Below are positions 1 to 9,653 of a DNA stretch of 62,675 bases, one piece after another. Below the pieces are notes generated by a model. That model ran no database searches. It was not told the origin of the DNA and saw nothing but the letters and a program-made list of their open reading frames with translations. Source of the DNA: a virus; the IMG/VR virus record IMGVR_UViG_3300022748_000002. One strand, 5' to 3'. The stretch's first letter is position 1. Every line of letters starts with the position of its first letter. The position numbers were made by a program, and so were the translations under genes.

Positions 1-1203
1 AACACCACAGCCTCTAACAACACTGCTGTGGGGTATCAAAGTCTTTATACAAACACTACTGGCACATACAATGCCGCTGTGGGGTATCAATCCCTTTTTG
101 CCAACACAATAGCAAACTACAACACTGCTTTTGGTTATAGAGCTGGTTATGCAACTACCACTGGTGGTATTACGGCTTTTGGCGCATCGGCAGGCACATC
201 CAATACCACTGGTGCTGGGAATACGGCTTTGGGCGCATTGGCGCTTAATTCAAACACCGCGGGTGCGGATAATACCGCTGTGGGTTCGTATGACACCAAT
301 ACTGGTGGATTACCCCCTCTTTATGCAAACACCACAGGCTCGTACAACAGTGCGGTAGGTACAGGGGCACTTGCGTCCAACACCACAGCCGGACGCAACA
401 CTGCTGTTGGTTATCAAGCTGGGTACAGCAACACCACTAGTCAGTACGGCTGCTTCTTTGGGTATCAAGCTGGTCTGAACTCAACCGGTGTTGGCAACAC
501 CTTGTTTGGCGACTCGGCTGGCGCAAGTTTGACAACTGGCAAAGGCAACACATTCCTTGGCTCCAACAACGATGTCGGAGGAGCTTCTGGCAGCAGTGTC
601 ACTACGGGTAATTACAACACGATTATTGGCGCTTACAACGGCAACCAAGGCGGTTTAGACATTCGCACCTCAAACAACTACATCGTGCTGGCTGATGGGG
701 CTGGGAATCCACAACTTTCCTCATACAACGGCGGCACTGTATCTCTTGCAGGCAATACGCCAAAAGCTGGCACAGGCATCACCTTCCCCGCGACTCAATC
801 AGCATCATCTGACGCAAACACGCTGGATGATTATGAGGAGGGGAATTGGACTCCGACTACAAGCACTTCGGGTTACACCATTTCGGCTTCTGCTGGTAAG
901 TACACAAAAGTCGGCAACTTGGTGACAGTGACTTTTTATGTGCAATTTAGCGCTGTCAGCGCCAGTAGCAATAGTGATGTACTCATTTCTGGCCTTCCAT
1001 TTTCTCCAGTTCCAGTTGCTGGTTCAATGGGTCAACCGGGCGTAGCGCGTGATGACACAACATCTGGCGCAATTTTTCTTCTCCGAGTCTCTGGAGTTGC
1101 TTCAACGGTTGAACTTAACTCCATGAACGGCGTTGCCAACAATAGCGTGCTGACTATTCAAACCTCAAAAAACTACGTTGGAACAGTTACGTACTTCGCT
1201 TAA
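1..1203 (+). CDS. Tail fibre, C-terminal part. Complete gene = 60764..62548 joined to 1..1203, 995 aa
   Basis: The frame is open from base 1 (NTTASNNTAVGYQ...) and matches the frame of the ORF opening at 60764 once 62549-62675 is recognised as a copy of 1-127. Short NT[AT]xGYxA-type repeats are followed by a non-repetitive distal domain starting LDDYEEGNWTP, a motif I recall from phage fibre tips. Stop TAA 1201-1203. Confidence 0.8.
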   Translation, partial: NTTASNNTAVGYQSLYTNTTGTYNAAVGYQSLFANTIANYNTAFGYRAGYATTTGGITAFGASAGTSNTTGAGNTALGALALNSNTAGADNTAVGSYDTNTGGLPPLYANTTGSYNSAVGTGALASNTTAGRNTAVGYQAGYSNTTSQYGCFFGYQAGLNSTGVGNTLFGDSAGASLTTGKGNTFLGSNNDVGGASGSSVTTGNYNTIIGAYNGNQGGLDIRTSNNYIVLADGAGNPQLSSYNGGTVSLAGNTPKAGTGITFPATQSASSDANTLDDYEEGNWTPTTSTSGYTISASAGKYTKVGNLVTVTFYVQFSAVSASSNSDVLISGLPFSPVPVAGSMGQPGVARDDTTSGAIFLLRVSGVASTVELNSMNGVANNSVLTIQTSKNYVGTVTYFA

Positions 1204-1263
1204 CCACCAAGTTCATTAGCCTGATTGGATTTGTCAGGCCGGACACAAACTAAAGGAAAAACC

Positions 1264-1533
1264 ATGTCACTCGAAAAAACAAAGTCAGTAGATCAAATTA
1301 CCGTCACGGAGAACGGCATTGTTCTCTACCGTGAAGCAACCCGCATCACTGAAGACGGCAACGAGATCAGCAAAACATTTCATCGCACCAGCCTGACACC
1401 GGGTCAAGACCTAGCAGGTCAGCCAAGCAATGTCGTGGCAATCTGCAACGCAGCATGGACGCCTGAAGTCATTGCTGCATACCAAGCACAGGTCGCTGCT
1501 GAAGAAGCAGCTCGTGAAACTCAAGGAGCTTAA
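1264..1533 (+). CDS. Hypothetical protein (89 aa)
   Basis: Track ORF 1225..1533 trimmed to the first ATG, which is preceded by AAAGGAAAAACC. No motif recognised. Confidence 0.5.
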   Translation: MSLEKTKSVDQITVTENGIVLYREATRITEDGNEISKTFHRTSLTPGQDLAGQPSNVVAICNAAWTPEVIAAYQAQVAAEEAARETQGA

Positions 1534-1535
1534 AG

Positions 1536-1769
1536 ATGACTGAACAAACTCAACCCCAAGTAGAACAGCCCACAGCCGAAGAAATCGCACGCCACTACAG
1601 TGCAGCGATGGACAGCGTGAATCTCATCAACGGCGGCAAGCCGGAAGGCATGGAAAATGCTGAATGGGCGGACACAGTGGCTCGCAACAAAGAGCACCTG
1701 AAGATCATGTTGGCTAAAGACTTTTGGACAACCGAAGACCTGAGTCCATTGCAAGCCGCAGCGGCATAA
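1536..1769 (+). CDS. Hypothetical acidic protein (77 aa)
   Basis: ATG preceded by GGAGCTTAAAG, 2 nt after the upstream stop. No motif recognised. Confidence 0.55.
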   Translation: MTEQTQPQVEQPTAEEIARHYSAAMDSVNLINGGKPEGMENAEWADTVARNKEHLKIMLAKDFWTTEDLSPLQAAAA

Positions 1770-1824
1770 TAGGCATGGGGTACCGTCGCTGCCCCATCTC
1801 AGCGACGCTTTGGAGAACTTAAAA

Positions 1825-2028
1825 ATGACTGAACAAGAACTGAACGCTATTTCTATTGAACTCAAACTGCCGCTGGGCGCAGTCAACTTCATTTTGGCCG
1901 CACTGGCCAAAGCCCCCTATGAGCAGGTCGCTGATTTGGTCCAAGCGATCAAGGAGCAGGCAATTCCTCAGGTTCCCGTGCCCGAGCAAGCTGCCCCTGC
2001 TGCTGAAGCTGAAGCCACTGTGCAGTAA
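1825..2028 (+). CDS. Hypothetical protein (67 aa)
   Basis: Track ORF 1810..2028 trimmed to ATG 1825, with GGAG 9 nt upstream. Ala/Pro-rich C-terminus. Confidence 0.5.
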   Translation: MTEQELNAISIELKLPLGAVNFILAALAKAPYEQVADLVQAIKEQAIPQVPVPEQAAPAAEAEATVQ

Positions 2029-2046
2029 ACATGAAAAAGGGCTGCC

Positions 2047-4146
2047 ATGCCACTAAAAAAGATTCTTCTCAAGCCGGGAGTGAATCGGGAAAACACCCGA
2101 TACACGACTGAAGGCGGTTGGTACGACTGCGACAAAATTCGCTTTCGTCAAGGCACGCCAGAAGTAATCGGGGGCTGGCAGCAATTTTCTCCCCAGACCT
2201 ATTTGGGGACTTGCCGTTCTCTCTGGGCGTGGACCACGCTTGGAGGGACAAAACTGGTTGGCGTAGGCACCAACCTCAAGTTCTACATTGAGCAGGGCAC
2301 GTTCTACTACGACATCACCCCGTTCACACAAGCTGTTTCCCTGAGCAATCCGTTCACCGCCACCAATGGCTCGAACATTGTCAGCGTGCATCAAGCAGGG
2401 CACGGCTACAGCAACGGCGACTACGTGATTTTTTACAGCGCCTCGAGCCTCGGTGGAAACATCACGGCTGCGGTACTGAATCAGCAGTTCACGATCACGG
2501 TTTACGACACGGATACTTACCTCATCAGCGTATCGGCCACGGCCAACAGCTCTGATACCGGCCATGGCGGCACGTGTTACGTGGCACATGAAATTAGCCC
2601 CGGCCCTGCCTATGCAATCCCGCTGACAGGCTGGGGTTCTGGTTCTTGGGGCTCTGGCACATGGGGCAACAGCGATGCCTCCAACGAAGCGTTGCGCCTG
2701 TGGAACCAAACCAACTTTGGTGAAGACCTGATCTTTGGCTACCGCGGTGGCCCGATGTACTACTGGAATGCTTCGTTCAACTTGACCGGTTTGACGACCT
2801 TCACAGTGACGATTGCAACGCCCGGCGTGGTGAGCACCACCATTTCCCTGTCTGATGGGGAAACGGTTGTCTTGAGCACTACAGGCACCCTGCCAACAGG
2901 GCTGATCCCGGGCCATACATACTACGTGGTCAACTCATCTGGCACGTCCTTTGAGTTGGCGGCCACTGCAGGCGGAACACCAATCAACACCACTGGTTCG
3001 CAGTCTGGTGTGCATTCATTCTCGCCACGTGCGACCTTGTTGTCGGCACAGGCGGGCGCAAGCGAAGTGCCCCTGTACCAAAACTACTTGCTGGTGTCTG
3101 ACGCCAGCCGATTCTTGTTTGCTTTTGGCACCAACGACATCTTCACAGCCACGTTCGATCCAATGTTGATCCGCTGGTCGGACCAAGAAAATCCAGTTGA
3201 GTGGAGCCCCGCGGCGACCAACCAAGCAGGCAGCATTCGCTTGTCGCACGGCTCACAGATCGTCACCGCCATCCAGACTCGTCAAGAGATTGTGGTGTTC
3301 ACGGACACCTCGCTGTACTCCCTGCAGTACCTCGGACCCCCTTATGTTTGGGGCAACCAAATCTTGGGCGACAACATCTCCATCGCCAGCCAAAACGCAG
3401 CATCGTTGGCTTCCAACGTGGTGTTCTGGATGGGCGTGGACAAGTTCTACATGTATGACGGCACGGTCAAGACCTTGCGTTGCGACTTGCGTCAATACAT
3501 TTTTGAAGACATTAACACGTCGCAGTTCGACCAAGTGTTTTCGGGCACCAGTGAAGGCTTCAACGAAATTTGGTGGTTCTACTGCTCAGGCAGCTCTACC
3601 GTGGTGGACCGCTACGTCATCTACAACTATGCTGAAGATATCTGGTGCTACGGCACGATGGGCCGCACAGCATGGCTGGATTCAGGCATCTTGAATAATC
3701 CCATCGCTGCTACTTACAGCAACAACTTGGTGACGCACGAAGTGGGTGTTGATGATGGCGAGACAGGTACTGATCAGCCCATCAATGCGTTCATCACATC
3801 GTCTGAATTTGACATTGATGACGGCCACAACTTCTCGTTCATCTGGCGCATGTTGCCTGACATCACGTTCCGTGGGTCCACGGCCAACACATCGCCTCAG
3901 GTGACGATGTACCTGTACCCACTGAAGAACTCGGGCTCTGGCTACACAACTCCTGCCTCCGTTGGTGGCGAGAACAACGCGACTGTGACGCAGACTGTGG
4001 CCTACCCAATTGAAGAGTTCACAGGGCAGATTTACACCCGCGTGCGCGGACGCCAGATGGCTATGAAGATTGCTTCCAACAAGCTCGGTACGACATGGCA
4101 GCTTGGCGCTCCTCGTATTGACATTCGTCAGGACGGTCGACGCTAA
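2047..4146 (+). CDS. Tail structural protein (699 aa), possibly tail tube/nozzle type
   Basis: Large ORF between the fibre genes and the internal virion proteins. The N-terminus KPGVNRENTRYTTEGGWYDCDKIRFRQGTPEVIGGW resembles conserved N-termini of podovirus tail proteins, from recollection only. Confidence 0.6.
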   Translation: MPLKKILLKPGVNRENTRYTTEGGWYDCDKIRFRQGTPEVIGGWQQFSPQTYLGTCRSLWAWTTLGGTKLVGVGTNLKFYIEQGTFYYDITPFTQAVSLSNPFTATNGSNIVSVHQAGHGYSNGDYVIFYSASSLGGNITAAVLNQQFTITVYDTDTYLISVSATANSSDTGHGGTCYVAHEISPGPAYAIPLTGWGSGSWGSGTWGNSDASNEALRLWNQTNFGEDLIFGYRGGPMYYWNASFNLTGLTTFTVTIATPGVVSTTISLSDGETVVLSTTGTLPTGLIPGHTYYVVNSSGTSFELAATAGGTPINTTGSQSGVHSFSPRATLLSAQAGASEVPLYQNYLLVSDASRFLFAFGTNDIFTATFDPMLIRWSDQENPVEWSPAATNQAGSIRLSHGSQIVTAIQTRQEIVVFTDTSLYSLQYLGPPYVWGNQILGDNISIASQNAASLASNVVFWMGVDKFYMYDGTVKTLRCDLRQYIFEDINTSQFDQVFSGTSEGFNEIWWFYCSGSSTVVDRYVIYNYAEDIWCYGTMGRTAWLDSGILNNPIAATYSNNLVTHEVGVDDGETGTDQPINAFITSSEFDIDDGHNFSFIWRMLPDITFRGSTANTSPQVTMYLYPLKNSGSGYTTPASVGGENNATVTQTVAYPIEEFTGQIYTRVRGRQMAMKIASNKLGTTWQLGAPRIDIRQDGRR

Positions 4147-5021
4147 TGGCACTCCCGCTCTTTCGAAACGGCAACCTGATTGCGCCTGTTGCACCCCAGC
4201 TTCCGCAGGGGCCGAAGGAGTACAGCCAGATGGAGTTCGACAAGTACAGCAACGTGCTGCGCTTGTACTTCAACCAGCTCAACAACTTCAACCAGCTCTT
4301 CACCACCAACACCGGTGGTGGATTGCTGAAGTTCCCAAACGGCGCGTTCCATCAAGACGGTACGACTGCACTGACAGGGGCCATGACCAACGTGTCAACC
4401 GCTGCCATTCAGGTCACCTCTACGGCTCAGTTCGAATCCGCGGGACATCTGCTGATCGGCTCTGAGCTTATTGCCTACACAGGCAAGACATCCACCACGT
4501 TCACAGGCATCACCCGCGGCGTGTACGGCACGACAAACACCTCCCATAGCATCGGAGATGCGGTCACCGAAGCGTTGGGGGTGGCCTCGTCTACTTCCTC
4601 AATTGCCGTTCCGTTTGACACGACGGATGCAAGCAATGGTGTCTCTATTGACACGACAACCAACTCAAAAATCGTGTTTGCGGTGGCGGGCTACTACAAC
4701 ATCCAGTTCAGCGCCCAGCTGCTGAACTACACCACCTCGGACGACAACGTCACCTTTTGGTGGCGTCAAAACGAAGTGGATATTGCCTATAGCGCAGGTA
4801 TTCAAGCTGTTCCTTCCAAACACGGCTCGTCGCCCGGTGCGGCAATCGTGTCATGGAACCTCGTCATTCCTGTAAATGCAGGGGATAATGTGCAGCTGCT
4901 TTTTGCAACGGAATCAGGGAATACGGTGACCGCTACGTACCCTGCCGGAACGCTGCCCACGCACCCCGTTTCACCCTCCGTAATTCTCACCGCGACGTTT
5001 GTCTCGGCGCTCTACCCGTGA
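4146..5021 (+). CDS. Fibre/receptor-binding-like protein with C1q/TNF-like C-terminal region (291 aa)
   Basis: TAATG coupling to the upstream gene. The C-terminal ~130 aa (GYYNIQFSAQL...VTFWWRQNEVDI...NAGDNVQLLF) has the alternating beta-strand pattern of C1q-like jelly rolls. Confidence 0.5.
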   Translation: MALPLFRNGNLIAPVAPQLPQGPKEYSQMEFDKYSNVLRLYFNQLNNFNQLFTTNTGGGLLKFPNGAFHQDGTTALTGAMTNVSTAAIQVTSTAQFESAGHLLIGSELIAYTGKTSTTFTGITRGVYGTTNTSHSIGDAVTEALGVASSTSSIAVPFDTTDASNGVSIDTTTNSKIVFAVAGYYNIQFSAQLLNYTTSDDNVTFWWRQNEVDIAYSAGIQAVPSKHGSSPGAAIVSWNLVIPVNAGDNVQLLFATESGNTVTATYPAGTLPTHPVSPSVILTATFVSALYP

Positions 5022-5057
5022 TACGATTTCAACAATTCCCCTCTGCAAGGAGCCAGC

Positions 5058-7883
5058 ATGGCAACTGACCAACAAGGCATCATGGCGTTGCCAAAAAATG
5101 GCCAAAAACAAGACACTCCTCAACTAGGTCTTGACGACTCTTACGATGCAATTCGCAAGGGTTTGGCAGAGGCCAGCCCACAGGATTCGATGCAAGTTCA
5201 GCAGCAGCTGAACCAAATGTTGCCCGCTTTGGACCAACTCACCGATGAGCAGCTCGACAGCTTGATCAACATTGTGCAGTACATGCACGATCACGAAGAT
5301 CAGTACAAAGAGCTGGTCGCCGAACTGGTCAAAAAAGGCGTTGTGGATGAGGGCACATTCCCTGAAGAGTACAACCCCGAAGTGATCGCCACGTTGGGTA
5401 TGGTGTTCTTGGAAGCCAAGCGTCAGCGTCAAGCATCTGCCCCACAAGGTCCCGTGCCTCCCATGGGCTTGGCCAAGGGCGGTATCGCTGAAGCAGCACG
5501 CATGGTGGCAGGCCATGGCCGCAACGGCGACACCATGCTGGCGCACATCAACAAACAAGAAGCAGCTTTGCTCAAGGCCCACGGCGGATCGGGCACCATC
5601 AACCCAAAGACTGGGTTGCCAGAGTACTGGGGCGGATTCATTGGTAATGCCATCAGCAGTGCTGTTGGTGCTGTAACTGGCGCAGTCAAATCCGTGGTCA
5701 ACGGTGTGGTGAACACCGTCAAATCCGTGGTGGGTTCTCCTATTGGCAAGGTGCTGGCCACTGCCGCGCTGGCCGCGTTCATCGGTCCCGCAGCCTTTGG
5801 CTTGTCCGGCGCTATGGGCGTGGGTGCACAGCTTGGTTTGGCTTCCATGGGTGCTTCCGTCTTGGGCGGTGGCAACCTGAAAGACGCTTTGCAAGCAGGC
5901 GCAAAAGGTTTCTTCCTTGGCGCTGCAGGCGCAGCGGCCGCCCCTACTTTGGGTGCAGCAACTGGTGTGACAAGCGCAGCAGGGCAGACTGCTTTGGGCG
6001 CAGGCGCAGCCGGCACAGGTTTGGGCTTGCTGACAGGCAAGGGCTTGCAAGGAGCTGTCAAGGAGGGCTTGACAGCTGCGACCGTGGCCGGATTGGCCAC
6101 CGGCGGCAGCAACATGGTTCAGGGCAAGGACTTCTTGACCCCTGCGTCTCCTCTGCCTGCTTCGGAAGTCCCTAAGACTCCCGACCAGATCAAAGCCGAT
6201 ATGGCACAGCAAGGCAACTTGTCTGTGGCCAACCAGCAAACACCTCCTCCCGGCACTGTCGGTGCTGGTCAAAGTGCAGACCCATTAGGCGACTTCATCA
6301 AGCAGAACGAAGCTTTCCGCACGGCCGCAAATACCCCTGCGGGGCCTGCTGCACCTGCTCCAACAAGCTGGACAGACAAGATTTCCGAGTTCTACGATAA
6401 GAACATCTCTCCCTCTGGCCGCGCGCAAGCAGGGTCGGATGAGGCTGTGCAGAAGATGATGGACAAATACGGCCTGACTCAACAACAGGTGCTGAATGCC
6501 CCTGAAAGTTCGGTGTTGGGCAAGCAGCTTGCTGCGGCCACGCCCGGCGTGTTGAGCAACTACGGTCCAGCGATTGCCGCGGGCCTCGGCGCAACAGCCT
6601 TGATGGGTGGTTTCAAGACTCCTGAGCAGCCACAAATGAGCCCACAAATGGCCAGCACCATGTCTGGCCAAGCCACGCGCGACCTGATGGCCGCTAATCC
6701 AAAGGATTATTTGGTGCAGAACCTCCCCGGCGTGCAGTACGACGACAAGGGCAACATCATTGGTTCCACTCCTTGGACACCACGCAAAGCAGCACAAACG
6801 GAAGTGGGCTCGAGCAGCTACATCCCATTCACGCTGCCCACCTACAACGCGCCTACGGGCAGTGTCGGTAGCCGACAAGTACAACAGCCATACAACACGG
6901 CTGACATGTACACCAACCTCATGCCTCCTCGTTATGCAGCGGACGGCGGCTTCATGCAGTCACAGCCTACCTTCCCCGGCACGCCATTGACCATGGACAG
7001 CGGACCTTTGATGGCCCAACAAGCGCACCCCTTGGCGATGAATACGCCCGGTGTGCCTATGAACATGCCCATGGGCTTGGCCAAAGGCGGTATTGCTGAC
7101 ATGGCTCACGCTTTGGCGGCACAGGGCCGCAACGGCGACACAATCTTGGCACACATCAACCCAGAAGAAGCCGCTATGCTCAAAGCACACGGCGGCTCTG
7201 GCACGATCAATCCACACACGGGACTGCCCGAGTACTGGGGTTTGGGAAACATTGCAGCATTGGTTCGCGACATGGTCGCCAATAATCCAGACCTAAAAAA
7301 TGCAGCATTGGCAAAGGAGGCGGGAAAAGGAGCCGCGATGCCTGCAGCCGCACCCGGAGTGCCTGTTGCTTCTGATCCAACGACTGCCACTGCACAGCAA
7401 AAGGCAGATTACGACGCAGCCATGAATGGCTACCAAGCGCAAATGCGCACATACAACGCACAAAATGCAGCGAATCAGCGCTTGAAGGACTACCACGCAC
7501 GCGTTGCAGCCCAACAGGCAGCGCCCGCTGCGGTGGACCCCTCGATTGCCATGGGGCAACAGGTTGGTGGCACTCTCAATCCAAGCTTAAGCAATGCCGA
7601 TTTCGCTGCTCGTTTGGCAGCAGGTGCACGTCGTCGTCCAGCAGGTGCAATGGCTGTCGGAGGTATTGCTTCTTTGGCCCCGGGCGGTTATCCTCGACGC
7701 ACAGGTCAAATCAGCGGTCCGGGGACCGAGACCTCAGACGACATCCCTGCAATGCTCTCCGACGGTGAATTCGTAATGACCGCCAAGGCCGTAAAAGGCA
7801 TGGGTGGTGGAAGCCGCCGAGCAGGCGCAAAGAAAATGTACGCTCTCATGCATCGTCTTGAGAAAAACGCAGCACGGGGATAA
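5058..7883 (+). CDS. Internal virion (ejection-type) protein, 941 aa, with an internal 56-aa duplication
   Basis: SD AGGAG. Gly/Ala-rich hydrophobic central region. Duplicated module MGLAKGGIA..GRNGDT.LAHIN..EAA.LKAHGGSGTINP.TGLPEYWG at nt 5463-5630 and 7071-7238. C-terminus SGPGTETSDDIPAMLSDGEFVMTAKAV. Confidence 0.55.
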   Translation: MATDQQGIMALPKNGQKQDTPQLGLDDSYDAIRKGLAEASPQDSMQVQQQLNQMLPALDQLTDEQLDSLINIVQYMHDHEDQYKELVAELVKKGVVDEGTFPEEYNPEVIATLGMVFLEAKRQRQASAPQGPVPPMGLAKGGIAEAARMVAGHGRNGDTMLAHINKQEAALLKAHGGSGTINPKTGLPEYWGGFIGNAISSAVGAVTGAVKSVVNGVVNTVKSVVGSPIGKVLATAALAAFIGPAAFGLSGAMGVGAQLGLASMGASVLGGGNLKDALQAGAKGFFLGAAGAAAAPTLGAATGVTSAAGQTALGAGAAGTGLGLLTGKGLQGAVKEGLTAATVAGLATGGSNMVQGKDFLTPASPLPASEVPKTPDQIKADMAQQGNLSVANQQTPPPGTVGAGQSADPLGDFIKQNEAFRTAANTPAGPAAPAPTSWTDKISEFYDKNISPSGRAQAGSDEAVQKMMDKYGLTQQQVLNAPESSVLGKQLAAATPGVLSNYGPAIAAGLGATALMGGFKTPEQPQMSPQMASTMSGQATRDLMAANPKDYLVQNLPGVQYDDKGNIIGSTPWTPRKAAQTEVGSSSYIPFTLPTYNAPTGSVGSRQVQQPYNTADMYTNLMPPRYAADGGFMQSQPTFPGTPLTMDSGPLMAQQAHPLAMNTPGVPMNMPMGLAKGGIADMAHALAAQGRNGDTILAHINPEEAAMLKAHGGSGTINPHTGLPEYWGLGNIAALVRDMVANNPDLKNAALAKEAGKGAAMPAAAPGVPVASDPTTATAQQKADYDAAMNGYQAQMRTYNAQNAANQRLKDYHARVAAQQAAPAAVDPSIAMGQQVGGTLNPSLSNADFAARLAAGARRRPAGAMAVGGIASLAPGGYPRRTGQISGPGTETSDDIPAMLSDGEFVMTAKAVKGMGGGSRRAGAKKMYALMHRLEKNAARG

Positions 7884-7886
7884 AAC

Positions 7887-9647
7887 ATGGCAGTCACAGG
7901 CGCACCTACCGCAAACATTAGCGAACAATTTGTCCGGGAAGCACCGGACATCGAAGCCTATAAGCTAGGCTTAATGAAGTCGGCGCAAGCTCTGCAAGCG
8001 CCTACTCTGCCCGACTACCAAGTCGCGGCAATGACCGACCAGCAAAAGGCGGCCATCACTGCAGGCCAGCAAGGTATTGGCGCGTATGTGCCCTACTTGC
8101 AAGGCGGTGCAGAAAACGTCATGCAAGGCGCAAACACCATCGGCGAAGCAGCTGATGTCTTGCGCGGCGCGGACACCCGCAACCAGTTCTCTGCCGCACA
8201 GAACGCATACAACCAAGCAGCAGGCGCTGCTTCTGGTATTGGTGCCCTGTCCAACGTGGCAGGCTCTGGCATGGGTCTTCTTGGCGCTGGTAGCCGAGAC
8301 ATTGACGTTGCCCAGCAAATGGCTGCGCAAAACCAATCTGCCAACCTCGGTGAATCACAAGATTTCTTGCGCGGCTCTGCTTACCAAGCCCTGAACGCTT
8401 CCCAGTTGGGCAACGCCCCGCAAGCACAAGCTGCTGGCAACGTAGGCGCTCAACAGGTCGGCGCAGGCAACATCCAAGCTGCTCAAATGGGCCCTGCCCA
8501 ACAAGTGCAGACACAAAGCTTTGCACAGCCCGGCGCGGCATCTTCGATGATGTCGCCCTACATGGACGCCGTGGTCAAGGCCCAGCAGCGCGAAGCGATG
8601 CGCAACGCCGGCATCATGGGCCTGCAACGCAACGCTGCCGCCACCAAGGCTGGCGCGTTCGGCGGTTCACGCCAAGCGATTGAGAACGCTGAAGCCAACC
8701 GCAACTTGAGCACCCAGCTGGGCGACATCGAGACCACCGGTTTGCAACAAGCCTACCAACAGGCTCAAAACCAATTCAACACCGAGCAGCAAGCGCGGCT
8801 CGCGGCCCAACAGTCCAACCAGCAGGCTGGCCTCACTGTGGGCATGCAAAACCTCAATGCGCAGCAACAAGCCAACGTGCAGAACGTGGCGAACCAGTTG
8901 CAGGCAAGCGGCATGAACGCACAGCAGGCCATGCAAGCAGCTCTGGCAAACCAAGGCGTGCAACAACAGACCAACTTGGCCAACCAAGCCATGCAGGGTC
9001 AGTACGGCATTCAAGGTGCCCAACTGGGCATGCAAGCAGCCCAACAAGCCGCCAACGTCGGTCAGACTTTGGGTGCGCAACAGGCGCAACAAGCTCAATT
9101 GGGCCAAAGCGCAGCAAGTTTGTATGGCAACCTCGGCACCAACCAAGCAGGCTTGGCGGGTCAGTACGCCAACATCGCTGGTCAGCAGGCCAACATCTTG
9201 GGCCAGCAAGCCGCCGCGCAACAAAACATTGGTCAGGGCATCGGCTCACTGGCCGCGCAGCAGTTCGGCATCGGTTCGCAGATGGCTCAGGGCCTCGGTT
9301 CGTTGGGCACGTCGCTCGGCAACATGGGTGTTCAGCAAGCCGCTTTGGGTCAAACCGCACAGCAGCTCGCCACCAACGACGTCAACAACCTGTACAGCTT
9401 GGGCGCTACTCAACAGAAGCAAAACCAAGCCGTGTTGGACGCTCAACGCGCCACCGAGATGCAAAACGCGATGCAGCCATACCAGCAGATCGCCTTCCAG
9501 TCGGACATCTACAAAGGTGCGCCATCGTCACAGATGTCGGTCACTCAGCAGCAAACTGCCCAGCCAAGTCCATTCCAGCAAGTTGCTGGCGTGGGCACAG
9601 GTATTCTTGGCTTGACCGGCGCGGCCAAAGCCACAGGCATTCTTTAA
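7887..9647 (+). CDS. Gln/Ala/Gly-rich virion protein (586 aa)
   Basis: Long ORF 3 nt after the upstream stop. Low-complexity Q/A/N/G-rich sequence, as seen in internal proteins of podoviruses. Function inferred from position only. Confidence 0.5.
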   Translation: MAVTGAPTANISEQFVREAPDIEAYKLGLMKSAQALQAPTLPDYQVAAMTDQQKAAITAGQQGIGAYVPYLQGGAENVMQGANTIGEAADVLRGADTRNQFSAAQNAYNQAAGAASGIGALSNVAGSGMGLLGAGSRDIDVAQQMAAQNQSANLGESQDFLRGSAYQALNASQLGNAPQAQAAGNVGAQQVGAGNIQAAQMGPAQQVQTQSFAQPGAASSMMSPYMDAVVKAQQREAMRNAGIMGLQRNAAATKAGAFGGSRQAIENAEANRNLSTQLGDIETTGLQQAYQQAQNQFNTEQQARLAAQQSNQQAGLTVGMQNLNAQQQANVQNVANQLQASGMNAQQAMQAALANQGVQQQTNLANQAMQGQYGIQGAQLGMQAAQQAANVGQTLGAQQAQQAQLGQSAASLYGNLGTNQAGLAGQYANIAGQQANILGQQAAAQQNIGQGIGSLAAQQFGIGSQMAQGLGSLGTSLGNMGVQQAALGQTAQQLATNDVNNLYSLGATQQKQNQAVLDAQRATEMQNAMQPYQQIAFQSDIYKGAPSSQMSVTQQQTAQPSPFQQVAGVGTGILGLTGAAKATGIL

Positions 9648-9653
9648 GGAAAA

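Noticed and set aside
1-127. The 127-bp terminal duplication read as biological direct terminal repeats.
   Set aside because: It lies in the middle of a continuous ORF, and its length equals a common assembler k-mer. It is better explained as a circularisation overlap. The true ends or pac site must be found from reads.
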